Positions 26,941-35,919 of a DNA stretch of 36,685 nucleotides are shown in pieces. The notes under the pieces are model-generated. The model had not been told where the DNA came from and ran no database searches. It saw nothing but the letters and a program-made list of their open reading frames with translations. The translations under genes and the position numbers were made by a program. The first letter of the stretch is position 1. Each line of letters starts with the position of its first letter. Source of the DNA: a virus (Duplodnaviria > Caudoviricetes); the IMG/VR virus record IMGVR_UViG_3300025112_000068, positions 1-36,685 of that record. The stretch is one strand, 5' to 3'.

Positions 26941-28254
26941 ATGGCAAAATTCATTAACAAAAAAGAAGAAGTGATTCAGATGGAACTTACCGCCTATGGT
27001 AAGCATAAATTCTCTAAGGGAGAATTTTCCCCCTCTTACTATTCTTTTCATGATGATGATATTTTATATGATTCTGTGTATGCTTCTCCTTCTGGCTCCG
27101 CTTCAACCGCTTCTGGTTCAGTGTTGGTAGATGACGGAGTTGTCAATACCGATGTTAGTGGTGAAACTTTGATACTTGCCTATCGGGGGTCTACTTATAC
27201 TGCAACATTTAATAATGGTGTTAACCGAGCCGATTCTACAGCCACGGTTATAGGAGTTCAGGATGCTAATGCCGACTATAAAGTGGCAGAGGCTATTTAT
27301 AATAGTCTTTCTGTAGCTACTGCCGCCGACTTCCCAGTTGATGCTATATTGGGTCCCGGCTCCGGATCATCCCCCAGAAATATACTGCTTACGTCTCTTA
27401 TATCGGGACCTGCGGCTAATGGGGGAACTTGGTCAGGCACCTCTGTTGGTTCTGGCATAACAGTCACAGCTTTAGCTGGAGCATCTTTGCCCAGCGAGTC
27501 ACGAGGCTTTTACGAAGAACAGAACAGTGTTGTTACTCGAATAAAAGAGATGCAGAGACTGGAACTTGTAACACACTTTACTTCTAGTATGGGTGCAAGT
27601 TCTGAGGCAACAACCAATATTACAAACACAACTTTCGATAACGTCAATCCGGGGAATCTTAAATATTTCAGATCTTTAGGAACGAGTAGTCCGTGGAGTG
27701 AGCATATGCCGGCCTGGGATATAAAATGTATGGAAACCGGAATGCCATTTAGTGGAACATACTCTTATAAAGCTTTGGGGATTCCAACTCTTACTTCTAG
27801 TTTGCAATTAGAATATTCTGTATCTAACGGGGTCTTTGAAAACAATGAAGGCGAACAAGTTGAAATACCTATCTATTCTCTTGAGAAGGAGGATAAAATT
27901 CTTATAGATATTCAAGAAATTAATACTATTTTTAAATCAAATGGCAACTTTGAGGTTGAGGTTTATAAAATAAAAACAGACGAACAGGGTTCTGAAGACT
28001 TAGTCAAGGTAGATTTTATAGGAGACAACTCAAAAACCTCAGACATATTGAAAGCTCAAACTACCGCAGAAGGTTTCGCCAGATATTTGCATGGCGACGA
28101 AGAACTGGTTGGAAGTTATTTTCCTCGCATGGGACCCGAATACGCTGAATATTACCTGTCCGTTAGGGCAGACGACGAAATCGAATTCGAAAAAGAGCCT
28201 CCAGGCGACACCCTGTATAGGTCCGGCAAAGTGGTAGGACCTGAAGAATGTTAG
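26941..28254 (+). CDS. structural protein with tail-collar-fibre-like N-terminus and an inserted domain
   Basis: ELTAYGKHKFSKG...YYSFHDDDILYD parallels the N-terminus of the 35920 ORF. Residues at ~27100-27483 resemble internal domains of the 3822-aa protein. Confidence 0.55.
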   Translation: MAKFINKKEEVIQMELTAYGKHKFSKGEFSPSYYSFHDDDILYDSVYASPSGSASTASGSVLVDDGVVNTDVSGETLILAYRGSTYTATFNNGVNRADSTATVIGVQDANADYKVAEAIYNSLSVATAADFPVDAILGPGSGSSPRNILLTSLISGPAANGGTWSGTSVGSGITVTALAGASLPSESRGFYEEQNSVVTRIKEMQRLELVTHFTSSMGASSEATTNITNTTFDNVNPGNLKYFRSLGTSSPWSEHMPAWDIKCMETGMPFSGTYSYKALGIPTLTSSLQLEYSVSNGVFENNEGEQVEIPIYSLEKEDKILIDIQEINTIFKSNGNFEVEVYKIKTDEQGSEDLVKVDFIGDNSKTSDILKAQTTAEGFARYLHGDEELVGSYFPRMGPEYAEYYLSVRADDEIEFEKEPPGDTLYRSGKVVGPEEC

Positions 28255-31200
28255 ATCCAAAAAACAACAGGTTCCCCCTCAATAGTCCAGAAATACTGGG
28301 GGCCTCTGGAAAAAGATTTCTATCAAATATAAACCCATCAGTGGCGGTTGATCTAGTTTCCATAGAACCAGACACTGAGGACCAATTTAATATTTCTATA
28401 AATTTGTGTTTGACTCAGAACGTCAAAGAACAATATGATAAAAATTGGTGGTTCTTAAAAAAGACCCCTAGAAATATGAAATATCGAGTCAGACTCATAG
28501 CTTGCTATGGAAAAAACTCGGCAGCTTTGGATTTTGTTTCACAGAGACTTAACGAGTATCAGTGCGACCTAATGGCAACAAAGGGAATCCCTGGCTCTGA
28601 AGCCTTTATTACAAAGATGATTCGATACGCTCCTGATGGCAGGTCTGTAGCCAGCATTCTCAATGAGCTAGGACCCTTTTCTGTTGGAAGCCTAACCAGT
28701 AAAATTGTAGGCAGCCAGTCTAATATCTTAAGATACCCCCAGGATTCTAAATTATCAGGCGTTGTGATTATGGATATCCCAGCAGTCAAATCCCTAAAGA
28801 GGGGGTCAGGTGGTGTTCCTGTGGTCACGATCGAAGGACCTCTTGGTAAAGCTTCCTTGGAACCGCTAGTGTTTAAAGTGCCGAAAAGTGCTGTTGAGGA
28901 AATGAACACCTTGAGCTTGCATGCTTTTGTATATTATGATGCATCTCCCTCTATCGGTAAAAAACAAAGAAGACAGGTCACCTTTCCAATACAGTCTGGG
29001 ATGGGATTTGTAGATTCAAAAACAGTTCTCGGGGATAGGATAAAATATAGCGTGCAAGTGGCTGGCCAAGCTGCTAATCCACCGGGGAAAACAAAAAGAG
29101 AAAACTCCCCAGCCAACGGACTTTTAGTTGACGGACGACAAACACTAAAATTAGAGCAGCAAAGCCCAGCAGAAAATTTGCACAAAGATGTACTTGATGG
29201 GCTAAAGGAGAGTTTGCGCCAGGACGAAAACCAGCGTCCGGTTTCTGACGTTATAAAAGATAGAAATTATTTCTCACCCCTTTGGATAACAAGAGGAGAG
29301 ATGGACACTGGAAGGTTCTTGTTCTCTTTTGATATGAGGTCATTCTTGTCCAGAAATAGTTCTTTTCCCGCTTTGTATTCCAAAGATCAGATAGCCGACG
29401 ACCTGATTCGTGGAGTAACTGTTATAACACCTGAAGAGGTCGCCAAAGTAAAATATATTTGCGTAAAGCGCCGACAAGTTTCTTTTAACACATCTGTCTC
29501 TTCAAATGATTTAGGTACGATTACTAGAAACAAAAAAATCGAACCAGATTATATATTCCCCGAAGAAATTGTATCAATTCCAACAAAAGTTGAAAGTGTT
29601 TTTCTTGAGACCGCCGAACAAAATGAAGAAAATATAGACTTTTATCAAGGTATGGATACTTGCGAAAAGAGCAGAAAAACTCAATCTATGTCTAAATTTC
29701 AATATGGTGTCAAAGTCTCAGTTAATGATCCTGCTTTGATATATTTGCAAAGAATGGCTGGCGATTTGTCTAGAATGGAGAATAATGTACAAAGACTATA
29801 CGAGTTGATAAAAAATTCTACACCTGCCCTCCCCGGCGAAGAGAATCCGCCAGGAGGGCTTATAGTGTCTGGACGAGGCTTGGCTAATATAATGGGGACA
29901 GAAAGAATTGTTCCTTATTCTATAATAGGGATTGACGGCATAAATGCAGAAAGTATGATTAATAGTATTATTGCAAGGTATATTTCTTATTCTAGCAAAT
30001 TTGAACTAATAGCTCCCATAGAGCCTGGCGACGATGCCCTCCTAAGCCCGTTGGGACAAGCACTTTCTTCTTTGGTAAACCAACCATCCATCGACGGCCT
30101 TCTTAAGTTTTCTTCTTATATTAGAGGCTTAACTAATCTCATAGAACAAATAATTAATGTTGAGTTGCCAAACGGAGCCAGGACAGACGGCAGTGTTAGG
30201 CGCATAAATCTAGAACAAAAGGGAATTCTACAGACCAAATATGTGTTGCTTGAAAAAGAACATTTCTTCTCTGAGGTGTTTGAATATGGAAAGACCTACC
30301 ACCTGGGATATGATTATCTTTCTCAAGGTTCGCCGCTGCCTATGCGGGGTGTACCGGGGCTTGCTTCTTATAGTAAGCAATTTTTTGAGGCCCGAGCTAA
30401 TGAAGAATTTAATAAATATTTTGGCACATATGCCAACAAAGGCACACCGTCAATTCTGGCTGACGGAACTCAGGGGACTTATGGAAATTCTACATTTAGT
30501 TATTTTACCCCGAAAACAATAAAAACACATGGAAGATCGGTCACGAATCAGCCAATGTATATTAACTCCGATCTAAACACCGCTCGATATGATATTAATA
30601 GGTACGCCCAAATGTTTTTGGATATTTTAAAGATCCGCAAAAAAACAAAAGATTTTTCGCCTTTTTATGAGCTTTCAGAAATAACAGAAGAAAAAGATAT
30701 GACGACTTCTATAAAAGACGCTTTGCTTTTTCATGATTGTTTGTTTGAAGAGGGGGCAACCCCCCAATTTGCACAGCTTGCACCCGAAAGAATTAGTAGA
30801 AATACAGCAAACATGCAAGAACAAAAATCACAAAGCATCAAAGGAAAGCTACAGCTTTCACCAGACCTCTTCCAGACTTTCCTAGGGGGCAAGTCAGACG
30901 AATCAAAAAATGCAAAATCTTTTATAAGTCTTACGGACATTCCTTTTAAGCCAAAAAACTACGGCATACCATCAGCCAAGGATGAGGATGCTGATAGAAA
31001 AAGCAAAAAGTCTCTTCCTCCTGTTAAACTAATGTTTAATATTTTGGGGGAGCTAGAGACTTCGCCAATAGAAACAAAAAGTGAAAAGAAATATGAAGAG
31101 AAAACTTTCAATTCCTTGATAAACTCTGGAAAAGAAATAGATGTTTCGGCCGAAAATATACAATCCTTGATCGAGGGCAAGTATTCGCAAATGCCAAACC

Positions 31201-31679
31201 AATTTAAGTCTATGTTTGTTATAGCAAATATAGCGGATCGAATGTCGTTTGGAACAGGGTTTGATGCGGTTAGATTTAGACTAGAGGACGAAGATATATC
31301 TACTGTCGATAAAATGATAAGTAACATTTATCCCGGCGATACTTTTCCTCCATACAAGAATGTAAAAGACCCCATGAAGGTCTATGCAAAATTCTTAACT
31401 TTTTGGATGAATTACAAACAAATAGCTGTTTTAGAGTATTTGTCTGGGTTTGAAGATTTGGAAGCATCCGGAACACCCAGGAGCGATTCCCAAGACAAAA
31501 GAGGACTCCCTATATGGAAAAAGTTTACTGTAGATTTTTACCGTGAAAATTTAGACAAAAGATTTATTTGTCGGATGAGAAATTTAAACGAACAAGATGT
31601 TGGAAATACAATACCCATTGACGAGCTTGATTTGTTCGATCTTCCTATTTACAACAGATACTTTATATTAAGTCCATGA
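28248..31679 (+). CDS. large hypothetical protein (1143 aa), probable virion component
   Basis: Long ORF overlapping the upstream stop within the structural module. No recognised domain. Confidence 0.72.
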   Translation: MLDPKNNRFPLNSPEILGASGKRFLSNINPSVAVDLVSIEPDTEDQFNISINLCLTQNVKEQYDKNWWFLKKTPRNMKYRVRLIACYGKNSAALDFVSQRLNEYQCDLMATKGIPGSEAFITKMIRYAPDGRSVASILNELGPFSVGSLTSKIVGSQSNILRYPQDSKLSGVVIMDIPAVKSLKRGSGGVPVVTIEGPLGKASLEPLVFKVPKSAVEEMNTLSLHAFVYYDASPSIGKKQRRQVTFPIQSGMGFVDSKTVLGDRIKYSVQVAGQAANPPGKTKRENSPANGLLVDGRQTLKLEQQSPAENLHKDVLDGLKESLRQDENQRPVSDVIKDRNYFSPLWITRGEMDTGRFLFSFDMRSFLSRNSSFPALYSKDQIADDLIRGVTVITPEEVAKVKYICVKRRQVSFNTSVSSNDLGTITRNKKIEPDYIFPEEIVSIPTKVESVFLETAEQNEENIDFYQGMDTCEKSRKTQSMSKFQYGVKVSVNDPALIYLQRMAGDLSRMENNVQRLYELIKNSTPALPGEENPPGGLIVSGRGLANIMGTERIVPYSIIGIDGINAESMINSIIARYISYSSKFELIAPIEPGDDALLSPLGQALSSLVNQPSIDGLLKFSSYIRGLTNLIEQIINVELPNGARTDGSVRRINLEQKGILQTKYVLLEKEHFFSEVFEYGKTYHLGYDYLSQGSPLPMRGVPGLASYSKQFFEARANEEFNKYFGTYANKGTPSILADGTQGTYGNSTFSYFTPKTIKTHGRSVTNQPMYINSDLNTARYDINRYAQMFLDILKIRKKTKDFSPFYELSEITEEKDMTTSIKDALLFHDCLFEEGATPQFAQLAPERISRNTANMQEQKSQSIKGKLQLSPDLFQTFLGGKSDESKNAKSFISLTDIPFKPKNYGIPSAKDEDADRKSKKSLPPVKLMFNILGELETSPIETKSEKKYEEKTFNSLINSGKEIDVSAENIQSLIEGKYSQMPNQFKSMFVIANIADRMSFGTGFDAVRFRLEDEDISTVDKMISNIYPGDTFPPYKNVKDPMKVYAKFLTFWMNYKQIAVLEYLSGFEDLEASGTPRSDSQDKRGLPIWKKFTVDFYRENLDKRFICRMRNLNEQDVGNTIPIDELDLFDLPIYNRYFILSP

Positions 31680-31720
31680 GAATTAAAAAGGTGAAAACTT
31701 ATACAAGGGGGGTTGAATAA

Positions 31721-34700
31721 ATGGGAGGAGGAGGATACGATCAACCGCCAAGAGGACGAACCGAACAAGAGCGACGAGACAGAGAGGCACAAGAAAGAGC
31801 GGACCGACAAAGGACCCAAGAAGAAGCCTTCGCCCGAGACGAACTGATAAGAGCAGAAGAAGAGGCCGGAAACCACGCCAGGCGTCTTGCTCGTGAGCTT
31901 GCGCAAAACATGGACGCAATTTTAGCGATGCTTGACGCAGGGGCAGGTTATGGGCAGGTTCTGGACCAAAGAACTTTGCTAGCCAGATATCCAGCCGATG
32001 CAGTAAACCGATACTCTATTCATCAATCCTCCCCTGGAAGTTCGGCCATTCCTTCGCACAACCGACCGATGGACCAAATAGATGAAACACCAATCTCTAC
32101 GGAGAATTATTCACAACACCATGTCAACAACGGTCAATTGGACCCAATTAGGTTGTGGTTCAAATTAGGCGAAGATATTCCCGGCGATCAATCAAACTAT
32201 TTTAGAAAAAGCACCTTGGGTGTCACAAACTATCCGGCAAGTTTTGAAGAGACTTTTCTCGCCGAATCGGAGGTCCCGGCTTGGCTGACTTATGAGCCAC
32301 AAGGGTCCGTGAATATCTTTTGGAATTACCCAGGACGTAAACGAAACCGTGGCGACGGACCCGACTATGTATGGGACAAAACAAACGTCTCATCAATGCC
32401 GCAACAAGAGCGAGACCAAGCTGTCCAATGGGCTTTGGCCATAAACCACAAAAAATTCGTTTCGGCTGACCGGATCTATGATGGCGATGTATATGCACTT
32501 CAACCACCAAACAAGGCTTGGGATATTAATGACCCGAACAAAAAAGATCTTCGTGAACAATTGGTAATAATGAACAGGTTTCCACAAGCTCGTGGAAACG
32601 AAGAAGGCGAGGCCCAACCTTTCAATATGGCAAAAGCTATGATAGATTTGTCCGACAAAGCCGCACCCTGGTCTGGACAAGGCACGTCAGTCACGACTAT
32701 GCCCACTTTGCCGCAGGAGTACATAGAATTACTTCAGACTGACGCCCACACTAAAGGACTAAGGGATGACGGTCTCCCCGACGATCCAGAAGCCCCGAAT
32801 CTTACACGGCTGATGCTTATGGCATGTGAGTCTGGTCGCCAACCCGGAATTCTTACTATAGATAATACGAGGCGTCAAACGTCCACTACAGCAATAAATT
32901 TTGCTCAAGATCCAGCCGCCGAGGATAATATCCGTAGACTAGTAATTGGCGAACACACCATTAGTTTTCATATTCCAGAAGGCGACCAGGCAATCGCCAT
33001 TCGCCTCAGAGGCGTTCAGTGCAATAGTTACCATGTTTATTTGGCGTGCCGTTCGATGATATTAAATGGATATGACTCCCGCATCGCTTCGGCTGGAGCC
33101 CCGGATACCGAGGCACTTGTTGCATTAGATAGGGTTGTCCGAGACCATCTTGGAAGTGAACTTGAAGAAGATAGCCCCGAACGAAATTTTGACAACCGTG
33201 ATCCAAAGTATGTTTTTCGGGAAGCGTTGAATAATTTTGTTGAATATGAATTCTTTGATTTTGCAACAAAGGCTGCATGGTCAATGGATAGATTTACAAG
33301 CATGATGAAAAAATCATCAGGCAACTTTCCTGCCCAAGCACAGCGAGATGAAAATAATCGAGCGATAGCTGGCTGGAGGCACACTAACCGCCAGGCCGGC
33401 ATAATGCTCGAACAAGGCGGCGGCTATGTAAACCCTGAGTACAATTATTATAAAGCAAATTATGAGGCTGCTTGTGAAATACTTCCGGAAGCAGTTCTTC
33501 CAAACATGTACATTTATAATCTTGCCCAAGGATCAAAGGGACCGGGTCTCCGGGGAAAATTCCTCGACCAAGAGTATCAGGAGGACGCCGCTAATTTTTC
33601 TCGTCTTAGGGCAGGCGAAAATCTCGGAGGAAGGCAACAAAGCATCCGCACCGTCCCCGCAGGCGGTGCCGGAGAAGGCGAAGAGGTAGGCGACAGATAC
33701 GTCGAAACAATGTATGATAAGGTCATAACTCTTGATCAGTTCGATAAATTTACTTTACCCTTGTTGGGTAACAACAACATTGGCGGCGAACGACTTTCCC
33801 AAGAAGAGCGGGCATCCTTTGAAGAATACTTAGAAAGGTACGCCGAGGCAGCCAAAGGAAGTAATGTCACTATTGATTTTACATCACGACTGGCCTCAGA
33901 TTTTTATAACCAAATAACTCCTTCAAACGAGTTGGACATGTATGATAATTTTTACAAGAATAAAGATTATTTTCCAATGTATGTTGAGGTTGGTATTCCA
34001 TGTTACAGCCCCCTAGGAGACCTTGGACAGCTTTTTCTAAGCCCTGACGATCCTGATACTGACGGCGAATTTGAAGGACTGGGGCTATCTCCCACCAATC
34101 TTATAAACTCATTTGTATCATCGTCTGCGAATCGCCTTAAGAATTTCACAATACAATCTACCGGATTAGTTGCATCAGACTTCGAATCCGGTCAGTGGTG
34201 GTCAAGTCTGTGGGAGGATAGAACAAGAGCAGAAAGAGGCGATGACTTTAACCCAAGAATAGTCACAACCAAACGGGACAATGTAGGGCTGAAGGTGTAT
34301 GATTTTGATGACTGGATAGAGGACATGAAGGGGCACTTCCGGCATGATAAAATCCTCTCCGCCCCTTCTCGGCAGAGCCGAGAAGAACTTGACGCCATAC
34401 TTGAAACATTCCAGGCCGAGGCTGAAGCCATCGGGCGAGAAAAACTTGTAAAATACCAAGACCTGATGATAACAAAAAGTAAGGTTATGTGTGAGACAGA
34501 GACCATAATATATAAACTGGTGAAAAAAGAAGGTGAGTCCGGAGAAATAATACAAAACTATTTTTTCCCAAACTCACCCACCCCCAAGCTTATAAAATTC
34601 ATTGACACGCAGGTCAAATATAATAAAAGTTATCTTTATGAGCTATATGCCTATGACGTTGTGTATGGGTCTAGTTTTAGGTTCAGAACTAGATATGCAG

Positions 34701-35821
34701 CTTACCCCGACCAGCAACAACCTATACCTCAGAATGGAATGACCGTGGCAGCTTTTGAAGAATCCTACACCAACGTTTTATGGCAACCTAATTCCGACGA
34801 TGATTTTAAACCCTATCAAGACCAGCGCATAGCTTTTTCTTTTAATGTTGAAACGATACCAAACTTAAAAATTATTGAATACCCAATTTACGCTTTACAA
34901 AATGCTATGGCCCTTGCCCGTGCAACTGGGGTGCAGGGAAGACCCGCACAACAATACACGGCAATGAACATTGGGGATATGGGGGGCGTTTCCTACCCTT
35001 ATGCAAAGGTGGTTGACCGCCCGCCCATGCCACCAGCAGTATCTATAATGCCATACCAAGGCGATAAAAACAGAATCTTAATAAATTTATCTACAACCGA
35101 GGGCGCTCTCGTCGGCGATAAAACTGTTGAATTTATACCACTTGTTGACGGAGACAAATGGAAAGCCGGACGACTGGCTTGGGACCTTCGACAAGTTGAA
35201 AACTTCACTCTCCCGCCGGGACACTTAGAATTCAGAACTGAGGGTTTTGAAGAAATTAAGAAAGTGGAAATTTTCCGGACTACAGAACTTGATGAAATGG
35301 CATCTTCCATGGGAGAGATGTATGAGTCGTTTAAAAACAAATTGTATAAAACCTTAGATATAACGCTGGAACCAGACGACCCAAGTGGAAATTATGCCAG
35401 ATCATTTGATCTTGTTGATAATATCCTACAAAATCAAGTATATTATTATACATTTAGAATGGTAGATGTTCATGATCATACCTCTAACCCAACTGCGATA
35501 TATCGAGTGAAAATAGATTCGGAGGCCATTGGAATATACCCCTCCATAGAAGTGGTAAATATAAAGAATCAACAAGCACGCTTTAAAAAGCCGACGAAAA
35601 AGGTCACCAGATATTTAGAGATTAAAGCTTCGGATATTCAGTCGATGCCTTATATAGACTCTGGTGAAGGCGATATTCAAACATCTGTGAGAAGTCTTGT
35701 AGACTCTGACACAGAGAACAGAATAGATAATAACGATTTCTTGATCCGCATCACTTCTACCGACACGGGACGGAAAATAGATATAAAAACTTCTTTTAAG
35801 ATAAAACAAGAATCAGATTAG
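31721..35821 (+). CDS. large hypothetical protein (1366 aa) with FN3/Ig-like C-terminal segments
   Basis: AAGGGGGG RBS and a charged helical N-terminus. FIDTQVKYNKSYLYELYAY and LVDNILQNQVYYYTFRMVDVHDHTSNPT resemble FN3 terminal strands. Confidence 0.68.
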   Translation: MGGGGYDQPPRGRTEQERRDREAQERADRQRTQEEAFARDELIRAEEEAGNHARRLARELAQNMDAILAMLDAGAGYGQVLDQRTLLARYPADAVNRYSIHQSSPGSSAIPSHNRPMDQIDETPISTENYSQHHVNNGQLDPIRLWFKLGEDIPGDQSNYFRKSTLGVTNYPASFEETFLAESEVPAWLTYEPQGSVNIFWNYPGRKRNRGDGPDYVWDKTNVSSMPQQERDQAVQWALAINHKKFVSADRIYDGDVYALQPPNKAWDINDPNKKDLREQLVIMNRFPQARGNEEGEAQPFNMAKAMIDLSDKAAPWSGQGTSVTTMPTLPQEYIELLQTDAHTKGLRDDGLPDDPEAPNLTRLMLMACESGRQPGILTIDNTRRQTSTTAINFAQDPAAEDNIRRLVIGEHTISFHIPEGDQAIAIRLRGVQCNSYHVYLACRSMILNGYDSRIASAGAPDTEALVALDRVVRDHLGSELEEDSPERNFDNRDPKYVFREALNNFVEYEFFDFATKAAWSMDRFTSMMKKSSGNFPAQAQRDENNRAIAGWRHTNRQAGIMLEQGGGYVNPEYNYYKANYEAACEILPEAVLPNMYIYNLAQGSKGPGLRGKFLDQEYQEDAANFSRLRAGENLGGRQQSIRTVPAGGAGEGEEVGDRYVETMYDKVITLDQFDKFTLPLLGNNNIGGERLSQEERASFEEYLERYAEAAKGSNVTIDFTSRLASDFYNQITPSNELDMYDNFYKNKDYFPMYVEVGIPCYSPLGDLGQLFLSPDDPDTDGEFEGLGLSPTNLINSFVSSSANRLKNFTIQSTGLVASDFESGQWWSSLWEDRTRAERGDDFNPRIVTTKRDNVGLKVYDFDDWIEDMKGHFRHDKILSAPSRQSREELDAILETFQAEAEAIGREKLVKYQDLMITKSKVMCETETIIYKLVKKEGESGEIIQNYFFPNSPTPKLIKFIDTQVKYNKSYLYELYAYDVVYGSSFRFRTRYAAYPDQQQPIPQNGMTVAAFEESYTNVLWQPNSDDDFKPYQDQRIAFSFNVETIPNLKIIEYPIYALQNAMALARATGVQGRPAQQYTAMNIGDMGGVSYPYAKVVDRPPMPPAVSIMPYQGDKNRILINLSTTEGALVGDKTVEFIPLVDGDKWKAGRLAWDLRQVENFTLPPGHLEFRTEGFEEIKKVEIFRTTELDEMASSMGEMYESFKNKLYKTLDITLEPDDPSGNYARSFDLVDNILQNQVYYYTFRMVDVHDHTSNPTAIYRVKIDSEAIGIYPSIEVVNIKNQQARFKKPTKKVTRYLEIKASDIQSMPYIDSGEGDIQTSVRSLVDSDTENRIDNNDFLIRITSTDTGRKIDIKTSFKIKQESD

Positions 35822-35837
35822 ATGTTGGCATTTTATG

Positions 35838-35863
35838 CTGTTTTTATAAATGACTAAAAACAG
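35838..35863. repeat. 9-bp inverted repeat CTGTTTTTA-N8-TAAAAACAG
   Basis: Arms at 35838-35846 and 35855-35863 are exact reverse complements, in the longest intergenic gap of the window. Confidence 0.6.
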
Positions 35864-35873
35864 AAAAAGGATA

Positions 35874-35883
35874 CTACTTAATA
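35874..35883 (+). promoter_or_regulatory. putative late promoter element CTACTTAATA
   Basis: 9/10 identical to the 3256 motif, upstream of GAGG RBS and ATG 35920. Confidence 0.45.
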
Positions 35884-35919
35884 AAGCCACGCAATAGTTA
35901 TAAACGTGAGGAAACATAA

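Noticed and set aside
26386-27051. Minus-strand ORFs with repeats (MFGA)n, (VWCY)n and poly-Pro
   Set aside because: They are antisense shadows of the NIAP repeat and Gly tail of the + strand gene. The other short minus-strand and alternate-frame ORFs in the track likewise lie inside long + strand genes and have no recognisable motifs.
31691-31720. 9-codon GTG mini-ORF in frame with and abutting ATG 31721 (possible readthrough or leader peptide)
   Set aside because: It has no convincing RBS, ATG 31721 has its own G-rich SD, and a length this short is expected by chance.
6022-35821. Inteins, introns or diversity-generating retroelement targets in the giant genes
   Set aside because: I saw no intein splice or LAGLIDADG motifs, no ORF interruptions, no reverse transcriptase and no adenine-variable repeat pair. 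Subtle cases cannot be excluded by eye.
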